Origin: an uncultured Acidobacteriota bacterium
GTDB taxonomy: Bacteria > Acidobacteriota > Terriglobia > Acidiferrales > UBA7541
Length of the DNA: 64,000 bases
Direction: 5' to 3'
Assembly (NCBI GenBank): GCA_963757885.1
Contig: CAVWSS010000006.1
Span: forward strand, 305,500-369,499
Below, one piece after another: positions 1 through 9,579 of the stretch (position 1 is its first letter; each line of letters begins with the position of its first letter). Below the pieces are notes generated by a model, which saw nothing but the letters and a program-made list of their open reading frames with translations, did not search any database and was not told the DNA's origin. A program made the translations under genes and the position numbers.

Positions 1-875
1 GCCGTCGCAATGTTATTTTGCAGAACGAGTATGTCCCGCAAATCGCCTTGGTAGTCCTCCGCCCAAATGTGACGGTCCGTTCGCGCGTCTACAAGTTGGG
101 CGGAGACCCGAATCTTGTCACCGGTACGCACTACACTACCTTCAACAAATGCATCCACTTTTAGATCCCGTCCGATCTCCGAAGCGGAGGCCGACGTATT
201 CTTATAACGAACGACCGATGCTGCGGACGGTACCTGGAGACTCGAGATTTTAGCGAGTTGGGTGATTAATTCGTCGGTCATGCTATCGCTGAAATATTCC
301 TGAGATGGGTCTCCTGAAAGGTTTTTCAAAGGCAGAACAGCTACTGATCGGATCGCAGAAGGGGTTCCAAACACTTTCCGCGGGATGTGAAACGCCCAAA
401 AAATCGCAGCAACCAGACAGGCTAGCGCGACTCCTGGTGCAAGGTAGCGTCTTCTCCAGGTAATCTCACGCCTCGAATCCGCATGCCCGGTAACCAACGA
501 CGGTGCGAGAGGCGCCGTTGCGACGGGGGACTCTTCAAACTGTTCGGTGATATCACCGATGAATTTATAGCCATTAGGCAGCGTTTCGATGTACCGCGGT
601 TCTTCCGCGGAATCACTCAGGGCCTCGCGGATTTTGTTTACGGCTGTATTCAGGCCATGGTCGAAATCGACGAATATGTCGGGAGACCACAACAGCTTCT
701 TCAGCTCTTCCCGGCTGACCGTTTGGCCCGCTCGTCCTAAAAGCACTTTGAGCACCTGAAACGGCTTTGGCTGCAGCCTGATCCGAATGCCACTCTTCCG
801 CAGCTCAAAATTGACCGTGTCCGCGTGGTAAGGACCAAACCTATATCCGTTTGAATGTTTCGGCTGGTCGTTCAT
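1..875 (-). CDS. CadC/OmpR-type winged-helix transcriptional regulator with one TM segment (5' part; ORF runs off window start)
   Basis: Own translation from ATG at 875: MNDQPKHSNGYRFGPYHADTVNFELRKSGIRIRLQPKPFQVLKVLLGRAGQTVSREELKKLLWSPDIFVDFDHGLNTAVNKIREALSDS. This is the classic trans_reg_C pattern. A hydrophobic YLAPGVALACLVAAIFWAF follows. The ORF is absent from the track because it is open at the window edge. Confidence 0.8.
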   Translation of the reverse strand, partial: MNDQPKHSNGYRFGPYHADTVNFELRKSGIRIRLQPKPFQVLKVLLGRAGQTVSREELKKLLWSPDIFVDFDHGLNTAVNKIREALSDSAEEPRYIETLPNGYKFIGDITEQFEESPVATAPLAPSLVTGHADSRREITWRRRYLAPGVALACLVAAIFWAFHIPRKVFGTPSAIRSVAVLPLKNLSGDPSQEYFSDSMTDELITQLAKISSLQVPSAASVVRYKNTSASASEIGRDLKVDAFVEGSVVRTGDKIRVSAQLVDARTDRHIWAEDYQGDLRDILVLQNNIAT

Positions 876-1159
876 AGTGATTCTTGGGCAGGAGCGTAGC
901 ACCGCTTTTCTTCGTTATCAATAGATAAACCCCCACACCCTCGCCTCATTCGTAGCGTTATCTATAACTTACACGGTTACCCACCTCAGTTACCCAAGGA
1001 TGTTTCCCCGTGCATTGACCGCCTGGGCGGTTCGCTCCCATAGTCTGCCGACTCGAGCTATTTCGGAGATCCGAGGAGCAACACACATGGCAGATAGTCG
1101 CGGGCATCAACGGTCATTCAAGACTGAGAACGAACAGATTAGTTAAGGAGAACAGCTCC

Positions 1160-3181
1160 ATGAACAAAACAAGAGGATTTCAATCAGCACGTAAGGAAGC
1201 GGTCAGCATCTACTTCGCGCTACTTTTTGCATTGTTTTTGATCCTGCCTGCGAGTTCTCATGCTCAATCAAAGTCCCTCCCTGTCGGAAATTCCCACGTA
1301 GCGGCAGCTTGGAGATCGGTTGGCCCCGCACCACCCGCAATCGAAGCCTCCATAGCCGTTGACGATAGGACGCGCACTGTATACATCGCGAGTTTGGGCG
1401 GAGGAATTCTGAAGAGCGAGGACGGCGGCCAAACCTTCGCGCCGGCCAATCAAGGCCTCGATTCACTGGTCGTGGCATCGCTGGCTATGGCGCACAATGA
1501 TCCCAATCTCGTTTATGCGGGGACGGGCGCCGGCATCTACAAGACCACTAATGGGGGAGTCACATGGGGCCCTACAGGGTCGGGTCTTTTACCTCTCTCG
1601 TTGATTATCGATCCTACGGATCCAAATATTTTGTACGCGGGGTTCAACGGCGACCTACAGAAAACGACCGATGGTGGCGACACATGGGTTTCTTCAGCGA
1701 ATGGCATCGACAACCCTTTGGTTTTCTCATTGGCAATCGATCCGTATAACACGAGCGTTCTTTATGCGGGAACCGCCGGAACCGGCGCGTTCAAAAGTGT
1801 TGACGGCGGAGCCACCTGGAATCCGCTCAACATCGACACGACCGTTTGGTCTCTGTACGTGGATCCCACCAATAGCAACGTGATCTATGCCGGTTCTAAT
1901 GGCAACGGTGTCTACAAGAGTACGAACGCCGGAGCTTCCTTTGTCCGCGCGGGCTCACCGGTCGTCGGTGTTGTCCTGGCGCTCGCGAAAAGCGGGAATC
2001 GCTTGTATGCAGGCACCGCGACGCAGGGAGTTTCAGTCAGCAAGGACGACGGCGCAACTTGGACCAACACACGAATATCCGATGGATTAGGTCTCGTCCT
2101 TAGCGTTGGACAGGATGGATCAGTTTTCGCGGGAACCAACTTCGACGGAGTTTTTGAGCGCCCAGCGGCGACAAAAAACTCCGACGAAGACGATCGCCGG
2201 GCTTCAAATTGGCGAAGAGTGGCCTGGAAGCAACTGAGAGAAATCCGCGGCCAGAACGGGCACGCCTTGGCAATCGATCCGGCCAACCACGAACACGTGT
2301 TCTTCTCTACGAATGACGGCGGGTTGTTCGTTACGCACGATGGCGGTCGCAATTGGCAGGATGGCGGCGTGAACGGACTGACATCCCGAGCGCCACGTAG
2401 CATTGCCTTCGATCCACAGGATCCAACAATCGTCTACTCAGGCTCCTTTACTGGCGGGGGACTCTACCGATCTTTTGACCACGGCCGGCATTGGGAACGC
2501 CGCCTTTTCGGATCGAGCACCATCTACGTGGCCGGTGTAGCCGTCGATCCTGTCGATCACTCCATTTATGTTTCTACATTTCGCAGTGGCGACGGCATTT
2601 GGAAAAGCACAGACTTTGGCGAGACTTTTACCCGCATCGACCGGGCTCCTGGCAGCCTTCCGGACGATTTTCTGTCCCTTAGTGGAAGGGGAATTAGGGT
2701 TGACCCCGCACATCACCAGACTGTTTTCTTCGCCGGTAATAGCGGGATCTGGCGATCCACTGATGCCGGGGCGAGCTGGGTCAACGTAGATGAAACCCCT
2801 TCCTTGAGCATTACGGTCGACCCAGTCGAGCCCAATATCGTCTACGCGGGAACGTTCACCGGAGTGCTGAAGAGTCTCGATCGAGGTTTGTCCTTTGTCT
2901 CCCAGAGCGTCGGCCTGCCAGACGAATTTCAGACCGCGCGCACTGGCTCTGTTCAGGTCGATCCTCGCCGGCACAACGTCCTCTATGTTGCGTTCGAGGG
3001 CGCAGGCGTCTTTAAGAGCGTGGATAGTGGTGACTCCTGGGCCGCCATCAACACCGGGCTCGACGACCTTAATGTCTTCGGCATTGCCCTAGATTCAGAC
3101 TCACCCGACATCTTGTACGTATCGACGAACTCTTCGGTCTACAAGACGACCAGCGGCGGAGAAATGGGCGAGAAAAAGTGA
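1160..3181 (+). CDS. Secreted BNR/Asp-box-like beta-propeller repeat protein
   Basis: 673 aa with an N-terminal signal peptide (IYFALLFALFLILPASSHAQ). It has 8 or more repeats of Y(A/V)GT..G(I/V)(Y/F)KS.(D/N)GG.(T/S)W. An AGGAG RBS lies upstream of the ATG. Confidence 0.8.
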   Translation: MNKTRGFQSARKEAVSIYFALLFALFLILPASSHAQSKSLPVGNSHVAAAWRSVGPAPPAIEASIAVDDRTRTVYIASLGGGILKSEDGGQTFAPANQGLDSLVVASLAMAHNDPNLVYAGTGAGIYKTTNGGVTWGPTGSGLLPLSLIIDPTDPNILYAGFNGDLQKTTDGGDTWVSSANGIDNPLVFSLAIDPYNTSVLYAGTAGTGAFKSVDGGATWNPLNIDTTVWSLYVDPTNSNVIYAGSNGNGVYKSTNAGASFVRAGSPVVGVVLALAKSGNRLYAGTATQGVSVSKDDGATWTNTRISDGLGLVLSVGQDGSVFAGTNFDGVFERPAATKNSDEDDRRASNWRRVAWKQLREIRGQNGHALAIDPANHEHVFFSTNDGGLFVTHDGGRNWQDGGVNGLTSRAPRSIAFDPQDPTIVYSGSFTGGGLYRSFDHGRHWERRLFGSSTIYVAGVAVDPVDHSIYVSTFRSGDGIWKSTDFGETFTRIDRAPGSLPDDFLSLSGRGIRVDPAHHQTVFFAGNSGIWRSTDAGASWVNVDETPSLSITVDPVEPNIVYAGTFTGVLKSLDRGLSFVSQSVGLPDEFQTARTGSVQVDPRRHNVLYVAFEGAGVFKSVDSGDSWAAINTGLDDLNVFGIALDSDSPDILYVSTNSSVYKTTSGGEMGEKK

Positions 3182-3265
3182 TCCACAAATTCAGATCGCT
3201 CAACTCTGGAAATCTCGGGCAAGGAGATTCTCGCGAGAGGTAGCGGTTCCATCGAGCGACTGCCC

Positions 3266-3292
3266 GGGCTGGGAGACTCGACCTCCCAGCCC
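3266..3292 (+). terminator. Perfect 10-bp GC hairpin downstream of 1160..3181 (possible terminator, weak U-run)
   Basis: gggctgggag-actcgac-ctcccagccc, 85 nt after the stop codon. Confidence 0.4.
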
Positions 3293-3485
3293 ACGATTTA
3301 CTCTCAAATGTGCAGTGATCTATCCGCTGATCGCAGTTTTCGTATGGAAATTCGGACCGTCCATCTTGACCGCAGCAGCCACCGGTTTGTTGGGTAGCTC
3401 ATGTCCACCGGATCGGACGAAATCATATTGCCCGCGCGAACTGCCCTCGAACAATTCCATCTGAAACGAAACAAAGGGGAAAATC

Positions 3486-3571
3486 TGGTGCCCGGGGTGG
3501 GAGTCGAACCCACACGCCCCGAAGGGCAAAGGATTTTAAGTCCTCCGCGTATGCCATTCCGCCACCCGGGC
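3486..3571 (-). tRNA. tRNA-Leu (anticodon UAA), long variable arm, CCA encoded
   Basis: The reverse complement folds as a cloverleaf. Acceptor stem is GCCCGGG/CCCGGGC. The anticodon loop is cuUAAaa. The variable arm is long (tgcccttcggggcgt). The T-arm is GTGGG-TTCGACT-CCCAC, followed by ACCA. Confidence 0.95.
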
Positions 3572-3678
3572 TACGCTGTTGGGGAAACCTATATTACCAA
3601 ATCCACTCCGCGCAATAGCCGTCCCCACCCCGAGCCGCCCCGCCAAACAATTTGCCTTCTCATTGATTATTTCGTACC

Positions 3679-4710
3679 GTGCCACTCTGTAAAACACGAC
3701 CTCGCATGTCCACACCAAACGCCAGCGCACAGTCCAACTCAAAAGCCGCGACAAACGTCGAATTCCTTTTCCGCATTACTGCCGCCTCGGCCACAATCTG
3801 GGCAATTTTCGCGTTCTTCAGTCTCAAGCACCCTTCATTCACCCTGATCTACCTTCTCCTTCTCCTCGGTCCTTTCGTCATCGCTCCACTCGGCCTCTAT
3901 CTCGCTTCCCTCACCACCGCCGACACTGACGTTCGCGCCCAATTGAATCTACCTCTCAAAATCGCACCTTGGGTCCAACTTCCCGCGGCGATCTTGATTC
4001 TCTTTTCATTCCACTACCTGCCGGGCATGGTCGCCACGCTTTTCGTCCTGCCGTGGTTTTGCTTCGGAGCCCTTCTCGGTCTCTGCGGCCTGCTCGTCCT
4101 GTCACGCAAACCTGTAACCCTCTCCTCCCTCTGCCTCGCTGCCAGTCTCATCTATTTGCCCGTCGGCTGCGCCTGGCTCGTCGCCTCACGCTACGGACTC
4201 ACACCCATGAACTTCCAAGAGCCGATCGTGCTCCTCACCGCCGTCCATTTTCATTTCGCCGGATTCGCCGCGCCGCTTCTCGCCCTCGTCACGGCCCGAC
4301 ATTTCGCGCAGACCCCGCGCCCCGCCGTTCGCACCATTTTCAAGATTGTGGACGCTGGCGTAATTTGCGGCCCCGGACTCCTGGCCGTCGGATTCGTCGC
4401 CGGCCCTCACACCAAACTTGCAGCGTTCATCGTCGCGCTTAGCGAAGTTTCTCTCGCCGCATTTTTCCTCGCCGCTCTTCGCGCCATCTCGTCGCGCGCT
4501 GCGCAACTTCTCCTCGTCGTCTCGGCCGCTTCTGTGATTTTCTCAATGTCCTTCGCGATCGTCTGGGCCGTCGGCGAATTTCCCCTACAGCCCTTTGTTC
4601 ATCTTGCTGAAATGGCCAAATTCCACGGCATTGCCAACGCGCTCGGCTTCACCCTTTGCGGCCTACTCGGCTGGATCCACGCCCTCCGCGCTCCCAACGC
4701 CCCTCGTTGA
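3679..4710 (+). CDS. Polytopic integral membrane protein, function unknown (start may be ATG 3706)
   Basis: 343 aa, with roughly 8 or more hydrophobic helices across the whole length. No motif recognised. Confidence 0.6.
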   Translation: MPLCKTRPRMSTPNASAQSNSKAATNVEFLFRITAASATIWAIFAFFSLKHPSFTLIYLLLLLGPFVIAPLGLYLASLTTADTDVRAQLNLPLKIAPWVQLPAAILILFSFHYLPGMVATLFVLPWFCFGALLGLCGLLVLSRKPVTLSSLCLAASLIYLPVGCAWLVASRYGLTPMNFQEPIVLLTAVHFHFAGFAAPLLALVTARHFAQTPRPAVRTIFKIVDAGVICGPGLLAVGFVAGPHTKLAAFIVALSEVSLAAFFLAALRAISSRAAQLLLVVSAASVIFSMSFAIVWAVGEFPLQPFVHLAEMAKFHGIANALGFTLCGLLGWIHALRAPNAPR

Positions 4711-4772
4711 AACTCTCTCCATAAATCGGCCGTCTCAGTCGCACGTGTTGAGGTAAGGTATCCGACGGAGGA

Positions 4773-5444
4773 TTGGCACGCGTGTGTTTTTCAGCGACGG
4801 CAAATTTTGTAGGCAGCGGCGTGTTGGGCACACTCGGGGTTGTGACCCTGACCAAAGTGAAGCATCGCCGCGAGCTACTTTTTGCGTCGCTTCCCGCTCT
4901 GTTTGCCATTCACCAATTCACTGAAGGATTCGTCTGGCTGGGGCTCGACGGCATTCTCTCGCCCGCCGTCACCCGCGACATGGGGGCAGCCTTCATGCTC
5001 TACGCGCAAGGCCTTTTGCCCTTCATCTTGCCGCTAAGCGTGGTGTTGTTTGAGCCTGACGCGAAAAGCCGCAGGCGCATGACGCCATTTCTAATCGTCG
5101 GAACTCTCACCGCACTCTATATCCTCTGGGCCCTCGTCGCCTACCGCACCGAGATTTCCATCAAGAGCCACAGCATCGTGTATATAAATCCGGCCACCGA
5201 TAACACCGCCGTGGCAATTTTCTATATCATCGCCACCTGCGGTTCTCTCCTCTTTTCAAAAATAAAGGACATGGTCCTTTTCGGAATTGCCAACATGGCT
5301 ATTCTGCTGGTGGTCATGGGCGTGAAGCGCTACGCCTTTACTTCCCTCTGGTGCGCTTACGCAGCGGTCGCCAGCGTGATCATCCTTGCCTACTTTTGGA
5401 AAAGTAGCGGTTTGCGGCCCTTCAAATACGCCCGCGCTATCTAA
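4773..5444 (+). CDS. Polytopic integral membrane protein, function unknown
   Basis: 223 aa with about 6 hydrophobic helices and a conserved-looking HQFTEGFVWLG segment. It has a non-ATG start in the track. Confidence 0.6.
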   Translation: MARVCFSATANFVGSGVLGTLGVVTLTKVKHRRELLFASLPALFAIHQFTEGFVWLGLDGILSPAVTRDMGAAFMLYAQGLLPFILPLSVVLFEPDAKSRRRMTPFLIVGTLTALYILWALVAYRTEISIKSHSIVYINPATDNTAVAIFYIIATCGSLLFSKIKDMVLFGIANMAILLVVMGVKRYAFTSLWCAYAAVASVIILAYFWKSSGLRPFKYARAI

Positions 5445-5486
5445 GAACTTCTCGCGCCGGCACAATTCCTGGCGCAAAAACACAAA

Positions 5487-5533
5487 CGCGGCCACCGCAC
5501 TCCAAAGTGCAGCAGCCGCGCTGCCTAATTTTT
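5487..5533 (+). terminator. Rho-independent terminator of 4773..5444
   Basis: Interrupted hairpin: cgcggc..gcact-ccaa-agtgc..gccgcg, followed by ctgcctaattttt. Confidence 0.6.
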
Positions 5534-5638
5534 CGAATTAGCCCACTTCAAATCTAGAACGAATACTTCAGCGACAGTTGAATCCCCGGCGTCCAGTCCA
5601 CATTTTTCTGTGGCGGCCCCACGATGCAGCCCGGCGGC

Positions 5639-5721
5639 GGCGCACCGTTCCACTTGCGCGTTAATTCAAGCAGCTAATTAGTAGGGGGGAAATAAACACT
5701 GCATGGGGAACTTACAGCCGC
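5639..5721. repeat. Copy A of an 83-nt imperfect direct repeat flanking gene 5731..7830
   Basis: ggcgcaccgttccacttgcgcgttaattcaagcagctaattagtaggggggaaataaacac...cttacagccgc aligns to 7943..8025 at about 75% identity with 3-4 small gaps, by eye. Confidence 0.7.
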
Positions 5722-5730
5722 TCCGGAAGC

Positions 5731-7830
5731 CTAGTGTTCCGAGCTTCCTGGGTTGGTAAACGTCAGCCCTAGCGATAGCGTCGTTGTCACAATTCGGAAA
5801 TCCGGCGGCAGCGACCCGCGCAAAAGCGTCGTCGAAAATTGCAAGTAAGGATTCAGCGGAGCCTTCAACGCGGTCCGGAAATATGACCTCCTCGGCTTCG
5901 ACAAAATCTCCGGGCCATTATTTTCCACATCGGTCAAAGGTTCGTCATTGGCCAGCCATCGCACTCGATAGGAATAGTCCAAGGTGATGGGCGTGCTCCC
6001 CAGAAAATTATGCGTGAAAATGAACGGGAACCGCATACTCCCCTCCACTCCCGCCAATCCCCGCAAAATTGACGCGTGCTCTGGGATATGGGTCGCCACG
6101 TGCGAACCTTCTTCCGCGCCAATCAGCGGATAGATGGTCAACACCGAAGGCTGTTCATGCAGGTTGATCACGAATGGAAATCGTACTGTCTCGCCCTCAA
6201 TGACGTTTGCATCGTGCGGCGTGGTCGGCGCGATCTCCGCGGCTGTTCGCACCTGTAACTGTGGCTTCCTGGCCGCGAAGTGGGATGATTCGTACCAGTT
6301 CGGCTCTTTGAGCCATCTCAAGTCGTACGCGATGCCAAATATCAGCGCATCCAGATTCGATCCTCTGTTGCTGCTTTTTTCGAATACCAAAGGCACGTTC
6401 AGCCATCCCGGACCCAATTTAAAGGAAGAATCAGCCTGAATATCGAAGCTGAGTTGACGAGCACCCTTGCCGAGTACTGGCGTCATGCTGATGGTTCCTT
6501 GCGATGTCCCGGGCGGCGTTAAATGGCGGTAGATCCAGCGCGTGTTATAGAAAACTGCAGTCCAGGCGCTCTTCCTGTCGCACGGAGCGATCGTTTGCGG
6601 GGCATTTTGACCCAGGCAATCCGTATAACTCCCCGGCTTCGCCGGTGTCATTCGCGATGGGTCGAGGGGCTGCTTGAACGCGTATACCTCAGCCCAAACC
6701 ACGTGAACCGGCAAGGCAACGATGAATTTATCGCCCTCGCAAACGCCCGCACCCACGTCCCCGGGGCTGTAAATAAATATCGCCGCCGATTCCTTGGCTT
6801 GAACGGCCATCTTCCAATCGTAATTCCGGCAATTTCGAGAATTGACCCGTTCTCCAAAATTGAATTCCAGAAGACTTCCCGAAAATAGAGCTCTCGACGA
6901 ATTGATCGCCGTCACTTCCCCCGGATCGGTCTTCCCGTCCACCTTCTTCGTCTCATTAGTGGCCAAGTCAAAAATCTCACCCGTTTCCCCCTCCAACCTG
7001 TCGAAATCCTTCACCTTGCATTGCGGCGCTTCAGCCGACGGGCACCGCGCGTGAAATTCTCGCGCAACCACCGCAATCGGCACGTCCGTGGAAACACCGT
7101 TGATAGTTGCCGTAATCGTGACGCCTACAGTAGGAACTCTCTTGGGCGGTTCATAAATCACGCCCTGGCCACCCGACGTTTGAGCGCTTCGTTTAAGCAT
7201 CCCGATCGTCTCGTTGCCATTGGGTTCTCCATTGATCTTCCAGGTCACCGTTCCGGTCGAAACGGCTTCGCCCTTCACTTCCCGCGCCCGCAATCGCAGC
7301 GTTTCGCCCAATGTCACTAAGAAAGAAGCCGCCGGCACAAACGGCTCCTTGGCGGTTGAAACTTGCACGCAAGCGCCTCCGTCCTGGCCGCACGATTTGG
7401 GAAACGCCACGGTGGCCGCGCCGCTCACCCTGTGATCCGTTTTCAACCCAGCCGTGACAACCACGCTCGATATCGGTATTGCCAGCAGGTCGTTCGGCAA
7501 TTTGCACGCGTCCACGTCTGCCCCATCTTTAGGGCAACCACACTTCCTGCCGTTACCGCCCGGAGCTGTGTACGCGCCATCAGGCGTAACCGTTCCCAAT
7601 ACAGCATTGCCGCCCAGCACTTCGTTGACGTACCAGTCGACCTGCGCCGTCGAACCCTCACTTCCCTGCAGCGCCTGAAAATGCTGAACCTCGCAAGGCT
7701 GCAAATTGATCGCCTGGGGAGTGACCCTAATCGCAGTGACCTTCGCGGGACTGTCTTGGGCTTGTATGGTCAAGCACAGCAAAAACAAACTTATTGCAGC
7801 AACAAGAGGTTTGAGTAGCACGCAGCACAC
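5731..7830 (-). CDS. Secreted/outer-membrane-like protein of unknown function (N-terminal Ig-like region, Cys-rich middle, beta-rich C-terminus)
   Basis: 699 aa with a signal peptide (LVAAISLFLLCLTIQAQ). The last strands alternate hydrophobic residues and end ..TTLSLGLTFTNPGSSEH. No family recognised. Confidence 0.65.
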   Translation of the reverse strand: MCCVLLKPLVAAISLFLLCLTIQAQDSPAKVTAIRVTPQAINLQPCEVQHFQALQGSEGSTAQVDWYVNEVLGGNAVLGTVTPDGAYTAPGGNGRKCGCPKDGADVDACKLPNDLLAIPISSVVVTAGLKTDHRVSGAATVAFPKSCGQDGGACVQVSTAKEPFVPAASFLVTLGETLRLRAREVKGEAVSTGTVTWKINGEPNGNETIGMLKRSAQTSGGQGVIYEPPKRVPTVGVTITATINGVSTDVPIAVVAREFHARCPSAEAPQCKVKDFDRLEGETGEIFDLATNETKKVDGKTDPGEVTAINSSRALFSGSLLEFNFGERVNSRNCRNYDWKMAVQAKESAAIFIYSPGDVGAGVCEGDKFIVALPVHVVWAEVYAFKQPLDPSRMTPAKPGSYTDCLGQNAPQTIAPCDRKSAWTAVFYNTRWIYRHLTPPGTSQGTISMTPVLGKGARQLSFDIQADSSFKLGPGWLNVPLVFEKSSNRGSNLDALIFGIAYDLRWLKEPNWYESSHFAARKPQLQVRTAAEIAPTTPHDANVIEGETVRFPFVINLHEQPSVLTIYPLIGAEEGSHVATHIPEHASILRGLAGVEGSMRFPFIFTHNFLGSTPITLDYSYRVRWLANDEPLTDVENNGPEILSKPRRSYFRTALKAPLNPYLQFSTTLLRGSLPPDFRIVTTTLSLGLTFTNPGSSEH

Positions 7831-7942
7831 TCCGAGTCTTGAGAGGGTAAAGTATGTGCCGGTCCATTGTCATCCTGAACGCCGTGATCCAGTGACATGA
7901 TCAATGCCCTAACTAAACTCACTGTTGCCTAATGGTGCCGGA

Positions 7943-8025
7943 GGCGCACCGCCCCACTTGCGCATCCAATCGAAGCAGCTAAATTAGTAGGTGGGAATAA
8001 CACACTTACGAGGCGCTTACCCGCC
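7943..8025. repeat. Copy B of the 83-nt imperfect direct repeat
   Basis: ggcgcaccgccccacttgcgcatccaatcgaagcagctaaattagtaggtgggaataacacac...cttacccgcc. It ends 14 nt before ATG 8039. Confidence 0.7.
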
Positions 8026-8038
8026 AGGCGGGCACATC

Positions 8039-8821
8039 ATGAAAACACCCAACAAAATCCTTAATCTTCGCAATATCGCCGTCTTCCTATTCGCCCTGAC
8101 TCTCTCGGGCGTCCTCCTGGCCCAACAAAACGGCCAGCAGGAAAGCGCTCCCCAGGATAACAGCGCCAATAGCGACGCAACCGCCAGCACCGCCACGGCC
8201 ACGACCAGTAATCCAACCCGCCGCCTCGTGGTCAACGGCCGCAACACCACGCTCACCATCCGCCGCATTGATGGCCACTCTTACGTCGACCTCGAAAATC
8301 TCGCGCAGGCCACCAATGGCTCCGTCTCTTTTGAGCCCACTCGCGTCATTCTCACCATTCCCGGCGCACCCGCCGGACCCGGCAGCACCGCGGTCTCGTC
8401 GCAGACGTCCGCTAACCAGCGTCTCTCTCGCGATTTCGCCGGCGCCGCCAATGCCGCCGTCTCCGACATTCGCGAATGGAAAGGTGTTCTCACCGCTATG
8501 GTCACCTATGGCATGGCCATCAACGGAAACATAGCCGGCCAATATCACGACCGCGTTCTCGCCTCGGTCACCGACGCCGGCGTCGCCGCCAAAACTTCCG
8601 CCGATCACGACGCGCTCGGTCTCCTCAACAATCAATTCGCCAACATTTCCAACTGGGCCCAGTCCATCACCGCCGACCGCACATCTTTCAACGGCGCCCG
8701 CACCGTCGATCCCAGTTCCCTTTCCAGCGACCAAACCCTGCAGCACATCTCCGACTGCGACCGCTTCCTGAACTCCATGCTCGTCTCTGGCTCCTTCTCC
8801 GACTCCGCCGCCTGCCACTAA
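8039..8821 (+). CDS. Secreted protein, unknown function (possible copper-amine-oxidase-N-terminal-like stalk domain)
   Basis: I start it at ATG 8039 (MKTPNKILNLRNIAVFLFALTLSGVLLAQQ is a signal peptide). The segment LVVNGRNTTLTIRRIDGHSYVDLENLAQATNGSVSFEPTRVILTI resembles that domain. Confidence 0.6.
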   Translation: MKTPNKILNLRNIAVFLFALTLSGVLLAQQNGQQESAPQDNSANSDATASTATATTSNPTRRLVVNGRNTTLTIRRIDGHSYVDLENLAQATNGSVSFEPTRVILTIPGAPAGPGSTAVSSQTSANQRLSRDFAGAANAAVSDIREWKGVLTAMVTYGMAINGNIAGQYHDRVLASVTDAGVAAKTSADHDALGLLNNQFANISNWAQSITADRTSFNGARTVDPSSLSSDQTLQHISDCDRFLNSMLVSGSFSDSAACH

Positions 8822-8847
8822 CGCTTCTGCCGTGGCCGAGTTTCTCT

Positions 8848-8940
8848 GGGTGCCCCACTTCCGGTTGCGCGCCGGATGGCGCGCTGGTAGATGGAGATGG
8901 ACGGGAGTGGGACGAATGAAATCGGAAGCCTTTAAATTGC
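8848..8940 (+). repeat. Hairpin repeat R1 (type II tail, long form with nested GC palindrome)
   Basis: gggtgccccacttccgg-ttgcgcgccggatggcgcgctgg-tagatggagatggacgggagtggga-cgaatgaaatcggaagcctttaaattgc. The outer stem cccacttccg/cgggagtggg has one U.G pair. Confidence 0.85.
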
Positions 8941-9065
8941 TTACCCCGGGCGTAACAACACACACCTCTCCCTCATCTCCCTCCATTTTGAATTTTTCTT
9001 TAGGAATTAATACGGTGTGTCTTACTTAGCGGATTCCCTGCCGGTCCAGCGGGCCCCACAATCCC

Positions 9066-9389
9066 TTAATTACCCTCTTGCAGCCACCCGTCCAATATCC
9101 TCTGCTGCTCCGGATCCGTATCCATAAACACCACGCCCAATCCCATCCCGGGATTGTTGTACACAATCCTTCCCCGCGACTGAAACACTCCCTTATCCCG
9201 CGTGATCACCACGGTCACGTCCGACCCATCCGGCAGCGGGTTCAACACGTCCAAATAGCATCCCTTGGACGCCAATTCCGAAATCCGGCACTTGAACGTG
9301 CTTTCCGTCTTCAGGTCGGTAACTTTGGCTTCCGCGACAAGCGTTACTCGCGGGCCTCCACGTCGGTTGGCTACTTCGTTTTTAGGCAT
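9066..9389 (-). CDS. PilZ domain protein (putative c-di-GMP receptor)
   Basis: 107 aa. It has an RRGGPR (RxxxR) motif followed by CRISELASKGCYL, with PilZ-like beta-barrel length and spacing. Confidence 0.7.
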   Translation of the reverse strand: MPKNEVANRRGGPRVTLVAEAKVTDLKTESTFKCRISELASKGCYLDVLNPLPDGSDVTVVITRDKGVFQSRGRIVYNNPGMGLGVVFMDTDPEQQRILDGWLQEGN

Positions 9390-9579
9390 TACGGTCCTCT
9401 CTGTTTCAGGGCCTCAGATTTGTCAGGGACGCTGCATCCATCCAAAATGAACGCAGCAGCGAATACAAAAAATTTACCTTGGCCACGCCAGCGTCGCAAG
9501 CCCTACGCTCGCCCCGATAGCCTATCTATAAATCCTTAGCGAACTGCCGCTCTTACCTGCTTCCGTGCGCCCCAGCCAA

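Noticed and set aside
3304-3529. Two 69-aa minus-strand ORFs, and a 46-aa ORF from ATG 3460.
   Set aside because: The long ORFs overlap the tRNA-Leu gene. The 46-aa remainder has no RBS and no features.
8087-8986. 299-aa minus-strand ORF.
   Set aside because: It is antisense to the secreted-protein gene 8039..8821 and runs through repeat R1. It has no start context.
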